A stretch of DNA of 49,768 bases from a virus (IMGVR_UViG_3300044818_000012:1-49768); one strand, 5' to 3'; positions 28,834 to 36,840 are shown, numbered from the stretch's first letter. The notes: generated by a model from the letters alone, not told the origin. Translations and numbers: made by a program.

Positions 28834-28941
28834 ATGTCCTTAGCATATCAAGCTATCTTGCTCGGCTTTACTGTCGTTCTCGGTACTAGCGCGCTGTACA
28901 TGGTGTTCTCCGCCTATGGTCCGTCCCATTCAGGTGAATAA
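28834..28941 (+). CDS. 35-aa single-TM peptide (not in ORF track)
   Basis: AGGAG RBS; MSLAYQAILLGFTVVLGTSALYMVFSAYGPSHSGE. Confidence 0.6.
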   Translation: MSLAYQAILLGFTVVLGTSALYMVFSAYGPSHSGE

Positions 28942-28943
28942 CC

Positions 28944-29036
28944 GTGTCATTCGAAGATTACCTTGCCATTGCCTGCTTCAGTATCACCATCGTCTTAGTC
29001 GCTGCACTCTGGTACTCAACTCCTAAACAGGGCTGA
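28944..29036 (+). CDS. 30-aa single-TM peptide (not in ORF track)
   Basis: GTG start after AGGTG; MSFEDYLAIACFSITIVLVAALWYSTPKQG; ends at a terminator. Confidence 0.5.
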   Translation: MSFEDYLAIACFSITIVLVAALWYSTPKQG

Positions 29037-29052
29037 GTATCAGCTCTTTTTT
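29030..29052 (+). terminator. intrinsic terminator of the first early transcript
   Basis: GGGCTGA-GTA-TCAGCTC followed by a T tract. Confidence 0.7.
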
Positions 29053-29333
29053 ACAAGCACACACAAGATCACACACAAAGCACACATCTCTTCCCCTTTA
29101 GACAGTAGGTTCGGAAGAATCCTTCCCCTTTGCACGCAAAGCGAGCATCTACTGCCTATTCCCCATTCGTCGAACACAAAGTGAGACAGAGTCCCCATAG
29201 GGGGAGAAATAGGGAGGTTTAGGGGTGAATTCACTGAATTTGGTGCAAAGTGGGTGCAAAGTGGATGCTTCAGCCTAAGGTTTCCCCATTCCTGTATTCT
29301 GTCATCCCCATTCGTCATACCTATGTATACCTG

Positions 29334-29355
29334 TGACCTATCGGTCCTGTTAAGG
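29334..29355 (+). promoter_or_regulatory. putative vRNAP hairpin promoter 3
   Basis: TGACC-TATC-GGTCC-TGT-TAA-GG. Template loop GATA. Confidence 0.6.
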
Positions 29356-29376
29356 TATTTGTTCGAGGGTATTCCC

Positions 29377-29733
29377 ATGGGTGTACGTATCCGACGTAAA
29401 CAACGTGTGACCTGCGAGGTAGCTGCTGTGACAACCACCACTGTGATCAATAAGTATCATCATGGTAACCGTGTGCCTGTTGGTGCTGTGAACATCATGC
29501 GAGGCACTACATTTGGTAATCCTTACCCAATTGGTGCTCAGTATGGTGATAGAGACACTGTAATTCGCTTGTTTAAAGTGTATCTGTGGGCTCGTGTACA
29601 CAGTGACCCTGGGTATGCTGCTGCTGTGCGTGCATTGCACGGCAAGACCTTGTGTTGTTGTTGTGCGCCTCAACCATGTCATGGTGATGTATTGGCCAAG
29701 GCTGCGCTGTGGTTACAGACCAACTTGTTATAG
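29377..29733 (+). CDS. DUF4326-family protein
   Basis: IMRGTTFGNPY...LHGKTLCCCCAPQPCHGDVL signature; GAGG RBS. Confidence 0.8.
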   Translation: MGVRIRRKQRVTCEVAAVTTTTVINKYHHGNRVPVGAVNIMRGTTFGNPYPIGAQYGDRDTVIRLFKVYLWARVHSDPGYAAAVRALHGKTLCCCCAPQPCHGDVLAKAALWLQTNLL

Positions 29734-29735
29734 TT

Positions 29736-29757
29736 TGCCCTCTCGGGCTTGTGAAGG
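29736..29757 (+). promoter_or_regulatory. putative vRNAP hairpin promoter 4
   Basis: TGCCC-TCTC-GGGCT-TGT-GAA-GG. Template loop GAGA. Confidence 0.6.
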
Positions 29758-29786
29758 TATTCAATTCGTCAATTAGGAGTTTATCC

Positions 29787-30023
29787 ATGGGTTTCCTATC
29801 TACTATGCAATGCACTACTGTTGGCTGCTACAAAGAAGCCAGTGTAAAGATCAATGATGATCTGCTGTGCAGGCAGTGCTCGCGTGCACCATTGATCGAA
29901 GCATTGCGTGCATCCATGCAAATTGCTGTTGCTTGCGGCACTATCAGTGATGATCAAGCCAACTTGGTTGCTGATCACATTGCTGAACTTGAAGCCGCGC
30001 AAGCGGGTTACATCCCTTTCTAA
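29787..30023 (+). CDS. small putative zinc-finger protein
   Basis: AGGAG RBS; CTTVGC...CRQC. Confidence 0.7.
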   Translation: MGFLSTMQCTTVGCYKEASVKINDDLLCRQCSRAPLIEALRASMQIAVACGTISDDQANLVADHIAELEAAQAGYIPF

Positions 30024-30038
30024 TTAGGAGTTATATCC

Positions 30039-30275
30039 ATGCCTAGAGTCAGCGAGCAATATCATTGCAGTGTTACACCAACCGACACGTTAGTTGCCTA
30101 CGTGACCGACATTGAACATCCACAGCGGGATCAGTTCACGATGATCATGACTGATGCTCGCGAACAGAAAATCAGTGTAATACTGAGCACAGAAGATGCT
30201 TTGCGCCTTCATGCTCAGTTGAGTTCATTCATTAAGGAGTTTAACCATGCCAAAGAACATTCTCGCTTACGATGA
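30039..30275 (+). CDS. hypothetical protein
   Basis: AGGAG RBS, 78 aa. Confidence 0.7.
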   Translation: MPRVSEQYHCSVTPTDTLVAYVTDIEHPQRDQFTMIMTDAREQKISVILSTEDALRLHAQLSSFIKEFNHAKEHSRLR

Positions 30276-30372
30276 AGGCTACGACGCTTATGAACTCGAT
30301 GAAGAGTTCGACCCAACCAAGTGTGCCGACTGGCAACAAGGCTACTTTGACGCGCAAGCGGAGGACAACTAA
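30247..30372 (+). CDS. 41-aa acidic RMF-like peptide (not in ORF track)
   Basis: AAGGAG RBS; MPKNILAYDEGYDAYELDEEFDPTKCADWQQGYFDAQAEDN; TAATG overlap with the next gene. Confidence 0.65.
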   Translation: MPKNILAYDEGYDAYELDEEFDPTKCADWQQGYFDAQAEDN

Positions 30373-30671
30373 TGCATGTTTCCCAAACTCTTGAGTTGGC
30401 CTTGAGCCTGCTCGACAAGAACCCGGGCGGTGACGCTTACATGTGTTGCCACCTTGATTGGATGGCTATTCGTGATCACATCACTGGACAGGAAGCCAAC
30501 GATGCAAAGGATGTAATCCAAGCCAACATTGGTGGCTGGGTTACATTGGCGCAGTATCTGCGCGAGACTAAGGCCATGCCGCAGCATGTGGCTGTACTGA
30601 GTCCCGAGTATCGGCATTACCAACTCACGTTCTATCGTGGGCTGATCTCCAAACTTAAAGCTGGGGAATAA
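30372..30671 (+). CDS. hypothetical protein
   Basis: GGAGG RBS, coupled to the upstream stop. Confidence 0.7.
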   Translation: MHVSQTLELALSLLDKNPGGDAYMCCHLDWMAIRDHITGQEANDAKDVIQANIGGWVTLAQYLRETKAMPQHVAVLSPEYRHYQLTFYRGLISKLKAGE

Positions 30672-30673
30672 CC

Positions 30674-30967
30674 ATGCTATTCGCTTACTTCATGTCATGT
30701 GTGGCCAGCACTGCTACCGGTGCTGTGGAATGTTCCAACTCTTACACTGAAATGCTTACGATCCTTCGTAAAGGTGATAGTTGTGAAGTACAAGCAGCCG
30801 AGTTACAACGTGGCGCTATGAATGATGTTCTGATTAAGAATGTCATGCTCGTTGAAGTGGCCAGTCAGAGTGGCTGCGGTACGTTCGAGCAAATGAAGGC
30901 CAAAGCTGCACAGCATCACTTCGAATTCGTCAGCAAGGGTATTAAGTCCTCGTTGTTCGCATTCTGA
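30674..30967 (+). CDS. hypothetical protein, possibly secreted (Cys-rich)
   Basis: Hydrophobic N-terminus and 4 Cys. Confidence 0.65.
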   Translation: MLFAYFMSCVASTATGAVECSNSYTEMLTILRKGDSCEVQAAELQRGAMNDVLIKNVMLVEVASQSGCGTFEQMKAKAAQHHFEFVSKGIKSSLFAF

Positions 30968-31070
30968 AACCGATATTCTATGTTCGTGTAAATTGCCCTT
31001 TTCGGCGATGAAAACCATACTGCTATGTGCCCCTTTTGGGGCCTTGCGGTAGCCTAAACCAGAGGTATGA

Positions 31071-31253
31071 GTGATGAGCTACTTAATAGGCCAACGTGTA
31101 ATTGTTGGAGACGAAATCGCTGTTGTGGTTCGTCCACCCGCAAATGCTCGCCCAATCGAGCGCGATACCCAAACTTGGGTACGTTTCCAGAATGGAATCG
31201 AGCAATGGCGTGCTACCTACAATGTGAAGCCATTACCGGGAGGTCAGCTATGA
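31071..31253 (+). CDS. hypothetical protein (small beta-barrel-like)
   Basis: GAGG RBS; IGQRVIV...WVRF...VKPLPGGQL. Confidence 0.6.
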   Translation: MMSYLIGQRVIVGDEIAVVVRPPANARPIERDTQTWVRFQNGIEQWRATYNVKPLPGGQL

Positions 31254-31510
31254 AACAGATCCAACACACCAATTGCTTTGTACGGCAGTGCCTCGGCCAT
31301 CAGAAAGAACTGATTGCGCGTGAATTGCGCAAGGTTGTGCGCGATAACGCGTGGACGCAGAAAAAAGCTGCTGAAGTCTTGAAAGTTAGCGACAACATCG
31401 TGGGTTTCGTTAACCGCGGTGAAGAATGGCGTGTTTCGTTCGATACTTTGTACGTTGCTGCCCTTTATGCAGGCATTACCATCAATTTGGGCATTGTTGT
31501 CCCTGATTGA
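31250..31510 (+). CDS. XRE-type helix-turn-helix protein
   Basis: GGAGG RBS; WTQKKAAEVLKVSDNIVGFVNRG...VSFDTL. Confidence 0.7.
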   Translation: MKQIQHTNCFVRQCLGHQKELIARELRKVVRDNAWTQKKAAEVLKVSDNIVGFVNRGEEWRVSFDTLYVAALYAGITINLGIVVPD

Positions 31511-31528
31511 GTGTCACCCGCAAGATCT

Positions 31529-31549
31529 GGACCTTCGGTCCTGTAAAGG
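31529..31549 (+). promoter_or_regulatory. putative vRNAP hairpin promoter 5
   Basis: GGACC-TTC-GGTCC-TGT-AAA-GG. Template loop GAA. Precedes the Drc-like gene. Confidence 0.75.
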
Positions 31550-31600
31550 CAATTGTCTGCCACAAAACCTCATTTGATCCATTATTCTGGAGTATTTCCC

Positions 31601-31936
31601 ATGGCTGTTGAACGTAAATCCACTACTGCTGCTTCCCCTGCTCGTACTGAAGGCAGCAACTCCGTTAAGAAAACCCTCGGCTTCTTCAACCTGAACATGG
31701 CCACCAAAGCTGGTGCACCAATCCGTGTTGATGCCATTCGCTTTGTCGAAGGCAACAAGTCCCACGAACAACTGGCGGCTTACCTCAGTGTCACTCGCCC
31801 AGGTGATGAAAAGTACAACACGCCTGAAACTCTGGCGGATGAAAAAGCACGTCGTCTGGCGGAAGTGGTGAGCAAGCTGGAATTCAGCTACAACCCAACC
31901 CGTACCGACGAAGAGTCGATGCTCGACCTGACGTAA
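31601..31936 (+). CDS. drc: ssDNA-binding RNAP II cofactor (Drc / N4 gp2-like)
   Basis: GFFNLNMATKAGAPIRV...HEQLAAYL...LEFSYN pattern resembling LUZ7 Drc, acidic tail, own early promoter and terminator. Confidence 0.65.
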   Translation: MAVERKSTTAASPARTEGSNSVKKTLGFFNLNMATKAGAPIRVDAIRFVEGNKSHEQLAAYLSVTRPGDEKYNTPETLADEKARRLAEVVSKLEFSYNPTRTDEESMLDLT

Positions 31937-31943
31937 TCCCGAT

Positions 31944-31980
31944 GGCCATCATCCCTCAGGGGTTGGTGGCCTTACTTTTT
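31944..31980 (+). terminator. intrinsic terminator
   Basis: GGCCATCA...TGGTGGCC followed by TTACTTTTT. Confidence 0.7.
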
Positions 31981-32093
31981 GCTAAGGATAGCCTGTGATA
32001 AAACTGATCTGTGCACAGTTCTGCAAATATGCTTGCGCAATGGGCGCAATTTACCTTCTATTGAACATTTATACGGCTTACGGGGCGTAATCC

Positions 32094-32717
32094 ATGGAAA
32101 TGACTAATATCTACATCTACGGCACCATTGGTGCACTGTTGTGTCTGGTTGTTGGGGCAATGTTGGGCTATGCCCGCAAAGAGTACCAACAAGTGCATGC
32201 TAATGCCTTACAACGGGATCATCTGCATGCTGTTGATGCCAAATGGCGTGAAACAGTTGAGAATGCGCGCCAGCATACCCTGGTGTATACCGAGCGTTGG
32301 CAGTATGCAGATAAGTTCCGTGCTGTCTTGGTTCAGGCATTAACTGACCTTGGTATCTGGGACTTCAGCAAGCATGGGAGTGATCCTACTGAAATGCTGA
32401 CTATGCTGGTACTTCATACCGCGAAGCAGGCTCTTGACCCAAGTGTAAGCCAGAAAGCTAAGAATCTGCACACTGCTGGTGTCCGTAAGGGTGCCAAGCG
32501 TGTTCGTCTGCAAATGCAGAAGGCTCAGGCTACTGTTGTGGCTGATCTTGAGCGTGCGCTGTTCGAAGCCCAAGGTAAGCGCCAAATCTTCAAGGAAGCT
32601 GTGATTAACACGCTGAACGACAAGGTTGCCCTTCCGGGTGTGCGTAAGTCTATTCGTGAAGCCATTAATGTCGAGTGCGAACGTCTTCGCCTCGCTTCTG
32701 TCAAGAAAGGTGCATAA
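32094..32717 (+). CDS. hypothetical protein with N-terminal TM anchor and coiled coil
   Basis: IYIYGTIGALLCLVVGAMLGY segment, 207 aa. Confidence 0.75.
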   Translation: MEMTNIYIYGTIGALLCLVVGAMLGYARKEYQQVHANALQRDHLHAVDAKWRETVENARQHTLVYTERWQYADKFRAVLVQALTDLGIWDFSKHGSDPTEMLTMLVLHTAKQALDPSVSQKAKNLHTAGVRKGAKRVRLQMQKAQATVVADLERALFEAQGKRQIFKEAVINTLNDKVALPGVRKSIREAINVECERLRLASVKKGA

Positions 32718-32719
32718 CC

Positions 32720-33046
32720 ATGCAGCAAATCACTCAAAGTATCGTTGATGTACTGCTCATCGCACTAATGCTTGGCTTCTTGTGGCTCGTACTCAAAGAA
32801 CTGGCGCTAAGCCAGAAAGATAGTGAGAAGTGTGCTGATGTACCACGCATGCTGTGTCTTGCGCTTGATCTGAAGCATCTTGATGGTAAAGGTTGGCAAC
32901 GTATCATGCACAATGCTGAAACTCTTGAAGAGCTACAAGAGTACGTCAATTCATTCGCTATGTTCCGCATTATGCAGGCATGCGTATGGACTGGCACCAC
33001 AATGACCCATGTCATGAACCCTTTGGGTGTCTTGGAGCCTGTATGA
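32720..33046 (+). CDS. hypothetical membrane-anchored protein
   Basis: AAGG RBS before ATG 32720; TM segment VLLIALMLGFLWLVL. Confidence 0.65.
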   Translation: MQQITQSIVDVLLIALMLGFLWLVLKELALSQKDSEKCADVPRMLCLALDLKHLDGKGWQRIMHNAETLEELQEYVNSFAMFRIMQACVWTGTTMTHVMNPLGVLEPV

Positions 33047-33417
33047 GCAAACTCCGTGGCAAATATGCTGGACTGCTCTCACTCGATGAATTGGATGATC
33101 CTATGAACACCAGAAACCATGTTGTGAAGCGTGCGTTCATCAACGATGCAGTTCTCTGCTCTGTTGTGCTCGCTGATGGTGTTAAGCACCTTGAAGAACT
33201 CAAGCGCTTTGACGCTGCTGAATATGCACGTCAAGCGTTCAAGAAGTTCGGCAAATGCCGGATATTCTTCTATAAGCCGGGTGACGACAAGGTTTGGCGC
33301 GAAATCCGCTGGAAGAATGCCAACGTGGGTACTTTGTACAAACGTCCGTCATTTATGACGGTGGCGCATGATGATGTGCCGCCAGAGTTGCAAGTTGCCA
33401 TGCTCTGTGCGGGGTAA
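33043..33417 (+). CDS. VPE-motif array protein 1
   Basis: ATGA overlap; ends DDVPPELQVAMLCAG. Confidence 0.7.
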   Translation: MSKLRGKYAGLLSLDELDDPMNTRNHVVKRAFINDAVLCSVVLADGVKHLEELKRFDAAEYARQAFKKFGKCRIFFYKPGDDKVWREIRWKNANVGTLYKRPSFMTVAHDDVPPELQVAMLCAG

Positions 33418-33420
33418 ACC

Positions 33421-33675
33421 ATGAGTTTATACATGTTTCACTTCACCAAAGACGGTGAGTACGTCGATGGTGTGCCTATCAGCAACAAACAAAGCAATAG
33501 TGACGAAGTGCTCAAAAAACTAGCCCAAACCTATGAAGGTTGCTATTCGTGGTGCAAAGCAAACGAATGGATGTCAATGGCTGCAATAGCTTTGCCTTTT
33601 GCTCGATGGGAACCCCAACTTGAATCCTGTGTGCCCGAATGTGTTCGGGTTGCTGAAATGCTACGAGGTGAGTGA
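33421..33675 (+). CDS. VPE-motif array protein 2
   Basis: Ends SCVPECVRVAEMLRGE. Confidence 0.7.
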   Translation: MSLYMFHFTKDGEYVDGVPISNKQSNSDEVLKKLAQTYEGCYSWCKANEWMSMAAIALPFARWEPQLESCVPECVRVAEMLRGE

Positions 33676-34115
33676 TGAACAAGATTATTTACGGGGATAT
33701 GATGGAAGTTTTCGACAAAGTCGATCATTTCATCATATGTGTAGGAAGTAAGCTGAAAGCTGAGTCAGGAGAGCTTATTATGCTCAATGGTCTCGCCGGG
33801 GTGTTGGGTCTTAAATACCCTACCCTAAAGGTGAAGATGGGAGCGTGGATCAAGGAGACGTGTGGCGATAGTGGGGAGTTCTACCTGCGTGCCACTGGCA
33901 AGGTGGGCATCCTACAACACATGGTTACCCCGCGCAATGGGGTGAACGTAGGCTTGGTGTCCAAGGCGCTGCATGACTTGACCGCGGTGGCCCTGGCCAA
34001 CCGTGGCGAGACTTATGCGCTGGAGTGGCCTGGGTACACCGAACCGGAGTGGTTGCTCAAGGGGCTCATCGATCCCCTGCCGGGTAACATCCAAGTCTGG
34101 AAACCAGTAAAATGA
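33672..34115 (+). CDS. degenerate macrodomain-like protein
   Basis: IIYGDM...FIICVGS...GELIMLNGLAGVLGLKYP...LVSKALHDL...YALEWPG follows the phage Macro domain layout. Confidence 0.55.
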   Translation: MMNKIIYGDMMEVFDKVDHFIICVGSKLKAESGELIMLNGLAGVLGLKYPTLKVKMGAWIKETCGDSGEFYLRATGKVGILQHMVTPRNGVNVGLVSKALHDLTAVALANRGETYALEWPGYTEPEWLLKGLIDPLPGNIQVWKPVK

Positions 34116-34339
34116 CTGCCTTCTTCTATGTCTACGATACGGTTGACCGTGAGGTAGTCAAAGCCTCGGAGGATTGGCCGGGTGACCCTCGCTCTATTTA
34201 CCGCCCGGTGTATTGGGCCGGTAACAACGTGTGGTGGCTTTACACGGCCGTACCTGAAGGTGATGGGCCAAACGGCAAACGGATTCCTACAAGCCAAGTG
34301 CCGGAGGTTGTCCGGTTATTCCATATGGTGGCCTCGTGA
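34112..34339 (+). CDS. VPE-motif array protein 3
   Basis: ATGA overlap; ends SQVPEVVRLFHMVAS. Confidence 0.7.
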   Translation: MTAFFYVYDTVDREVVKASEDWPGDPRSIYRPVYWAGNNVWWLYTAVPEGDGPNGKRIPTSQVPEVVRLFHMVAS

Positions 34340-34551
34340 GCATAAAGAAAGTCGGTTGGTGCCGTAATACGCAGGAACTGGTACTGGATGTTCAGATATT
34401 GAACCTTCCGTACCTTCGCGACGATATGGATGTGTATTCGTTCAATGGGGCCATGAGGTTACACTTGACACCTGAAAAACAGGGGTACAACTACATCAAA
34501 GATGAAGATATCCCCGAAGTGGTACAAGTCGCCATGATGATGTTGTCATGA
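34336..34551 (+). CDS. VPE-motif array protein 4
   Basis: GTGA overlap; ends EDIPEVVQVAMMMLS. Confidence 0.7.
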   Translation: MSIKKVGWCRNTQELVLDVQILNLPYLRDDMDVYSFNGAMRLHLTPEKQGYNYIKDEDIPEVVQVAMMMLS

Positions 34552-34802
34552 GCTGGTTTGTGCTGCTTCACAACCGTGTACGTGATGTCATCACCTTAAC
34601 CGAGGAACTCGGGGAAGCTGACGGTGTTCCCGATCACATATTCGCCGAACTGAAAGTAAACGGTGAATTGGATGGATATTTCGTCTATATCCGCACTGAC
34701 GACAAGGAAGTGTGGGGTAAGTGGAAAAAGAAGGACGGTCGTTGGGATACGCCGCAAGAAGTGCCTGACGTAGTCAAACTCTGGAGGTTAGTAACGACAT
34801 GA
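34548..34802 (+). CDS. VPE-motif array protein 5
   Basis: ATGA overlap; ends QEVPDVVKLWRLVTT. Confidence 0.7.
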   Translation: MSWFVLLHNRVRDVITLTEELGEADGVPDHIFAELKVNGELDGYFVYIRTDDKEVWGKWKKKDGRWDTPQEVPDVVKLWRLVTT

Positions 34803-35089
34803 GAAATTATGCTTGGGCGCCGGACATTTGTCCGGTGTCTATGGGAACTCTGTTCCTAATTGTTAATAACGTACCCGAAGTAAGTAATCGGGATTCTTTC
34901 AGCGCATTTATGCAAGTATGCGAAGGAGTACGTAAAAATGACCCATTTTGTGTGGTGTATCTGCAAGACGATGCTCGCCGTTGGTACAAAGGTGAATATT
35001 GTTACGCAAACCAGCGGTATAAGTTCTCTAACGTGGGTTTGTCATCAGTACCTGACGTGATCCTCATGATGCAGTTGGTAGCGCCATGA
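34799..35089 (+). CDS. VPE-motif array protein 6
   Basis: ATGA overlap; ends SSVPDVILMMQLVAP. Confidence 0.7.
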   Translation: MRNYAWAPDICPVSMGTLFLIVNNVPEVSNRDSFSAFMQVCEGVRKNDPFCVVYLQDDARRWYKGEYCYANQRYKFSNVGLSSVPDVILMMQLVAP

Positions 35090-35424
35090 CCAACGTCTGG
35101 GTAGTGTTAAACGAAACCAAGGATCAGATAGTAGCGGTCTTTGAAACTGAAAGTCCTGACTCGAAGCCTCATTGGGAAGAGTTCTTCAAACACAGACCCG
35201 GTTGCGTATTCTGCGGCCGGCCTGAGACAACCCTTAGATTTATGACCGGGGCGTCGCAGCAAATAAAGTGGTACTACAGCTATTTCTACTGGGAGGACAC
35301 TGCCCGCTGGGGTTTATATGAGCCTGACGGGATTGGCTGGTCTGCCGCGATGGCATTGCCTGAACCCATCAAAATGCTTGCACTTGTCGGAGGTATCCAT
35401 GGCACTGATAGTTCACGTAGTTGA
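35086..35424 (+). CDS. VPE-motif array protein 7
   Basis: ATGA overlap; ALPEPIKMLALVGG near the C-terminus. Confidence 0.7.
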   Translation: MTNVWVVLNETKDQIVAVFETESPDSKPHWEEFFKHRPGCVFCGRPETTLRFMTGASQQIKWYYSYFYWEDTARWGLYEPDGIGWSAAMALPEPIKMLALVGGIHGTDSSRS

Positions 35425-35659
35425 AGGCGAAATCTGCCTGATTAAAGAAGACTGGAGGACGACTTCATCAGTATTGGCAGGCAGATTTCCCTTCGGTGAC
35501 TTGTACGTCAGATACCGTGAGCCGCAAGGCTTACAGTGGCGTGTTCTACAACGTGGTACGCGTAAAGACGAAAGAGTGTCCTACTTCGATGCACTTCTGC
35601 CGATTAACGTCGATCAATTACCTGAAATTGTACAAGTCGTGCATACCTGCACAAATTAG
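35399..35659 (+). CDS. VPE-motif array protein 8
   Basis: GGAGG RBS before ATG 35399; ends DQLPEIVQVVHTCTN. Confidence 0.7.
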   Translation: MALIVHVVEGEICLIKEDWRTTSSVLAGRFPFGDLYVRYREPQGLQWRVLQRGTRKDERVSYFDALLPINVDQLPEIVQVVHTCTN

Positions 35660-35666
35660 GTGACTT

Positions 35667-35900
35667 ATGGAAGAAACGCATACCTTGCTGTACATGCACC
35701 GTAATAAATTGAATATAGAGCCGGTAGGTATTTGGCAATCCACCCGCAGAGCTACGACACTGAGGGGTTGCTGTGCTACAACGATTTACCGTATTACCTC
35801 AGACAATCAGTTACATGCTTACATTGATAACATCTGGACTAGCAGACTGCCTAAAGATGTACCAGAAGAAATAAAACTCGCCGCAATGATCGTAAACTAG
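35667..35900 (+). CDS. VPE-motif array protein 9
   Basis: Ends KDVPEEIKLAAMIVN. Confidence 0.7.
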   Translation: MEETHTLLYMHRNKLNIEPVGIWQSTRRATTLRGCCATTIYRITSDNQLHAYIDNIWTSRLPKDVPEEIKLAAMIVN

Positions 35901-35910
35901 GAGTTTATCC

Positions 35911-36840
35911 GTGAAACCTACCCTTATGCTGACCGATGATATGCAACGCGCAAACGAGTACCGTTTTGCCCGTCATCATATCGACAAGTACATGCGTGAC
36001 TACGTCCTTGCCGACGTGGAAGTGCAGCCGTTGCTGGATAAGGGTGTCGCTCTGCTCACTGAGTGGGTCGCCCGGACCTTCAGCTATGAGTCCAAGAACA
36101 TCCGCATCTCTGGCTTACGTGGCATGGACCTGCGTGAGCTGGTCATTGATGTCATCGTGGCTTCGGCCTACTGCCAACATGAAGAACTGTTCACCAGCTT
36201 CACAGCCCGTATGGCCGGCACGCTCGGCTGGGACGACAAGAAGTCCAGCATCACCACCATTGCGGAAATTACCGCAGTGCTTTGTGAGACTGACCTGTTC
36301 GACTTGACCCAGGCTAACCGCTTCGGGAGCTGGAACATCATCAGCAACATCACCCTGTCCCTTCAGTTGGAAGAGTACATCACCAACTGTGCCTATCTGC
36401 CGCCTCTGGTGCACCCGCCGAAGAAGCTGCGCCATAACAAGGATACACCGTACCTGACCATAGGACAGGACTCGGTGATCCTCAATAAAGGTCATCACAA
36501 CGACGATGTGTGCCTTGATGTACTGGATTCGAAGAATTCGGTGGCACTGTCGCTTGATCTGGAGTTCCTGAGCACTGTCGAGGAAGAACCGAACAGTGAG
36601 CTGGATTCTCCTGAGAAACAAACCATGTGGTTGAATCAGAAGCGCCAATCGCATGAGTTCTACCTATTAATGGCAGGACAGGGCAATAAGTTCTACTTGC
36701 ATCACAAATACGACAAACGTGGGCGTATCTACGCCAACGGCTATCATATCTCAAGTCAGGGCGCCCCATACAAAAAAGCCATGCTTGAGTTCTCAAATAA
36801 ACAGGTTGTTACCGATATTCCACAGGAGTTCCAACTATGA
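35911..36840 (+). CDS. RNA polymerase II subunit 1 (N4 gp15-like)
   Basis: YLPPLVHPP and HKYDKRGRIY (DxxGR motif); N-terminal half of a T7-like RNAP. Confidence 0.9.
   Translation: MKPTLMLTDDMQRANEYRFARHHIDKYMRDYVLADVEVQPLLDKGVALLTEWVARTFSYESKNIRISGLRGMDLRELVIDVIVASAYCQHEELFTSFTARMAGTLGWDDKKSSITTIAEITAVLCETDLFDLTQANRFGSWNIISNITLSLQLEEYITNCAYLPPLVHPPKKLRHNKDTPYLTIGQDSVILNKGHHNDDVCLDVLDSKNSVALSLDLEFLSTVEEEPNSELDSPEKQTMWLNQKRQSHEFYLLMAGQGNKFYLHHKYDKRGRIYANGYHISSQGAPYKKAMLEFSNKQVVTDIPQEFQL

Noticed and set aside
30990-31055. GCCCTTTT(C/G)GG elements resembling the hairpin promoters
   Set aside because: The stems are imperfect and lack the conserved downstream TGT-NNN-GG.
33043-35900. CRISPR-like array or diversity-generating retroelement as the explanation for the paralog array
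   Set aside because: There are no nucleotide-level repeats, template/variable repeat pair, reverse transcriptase or cas gene in the window. The similarity is only at protein level.
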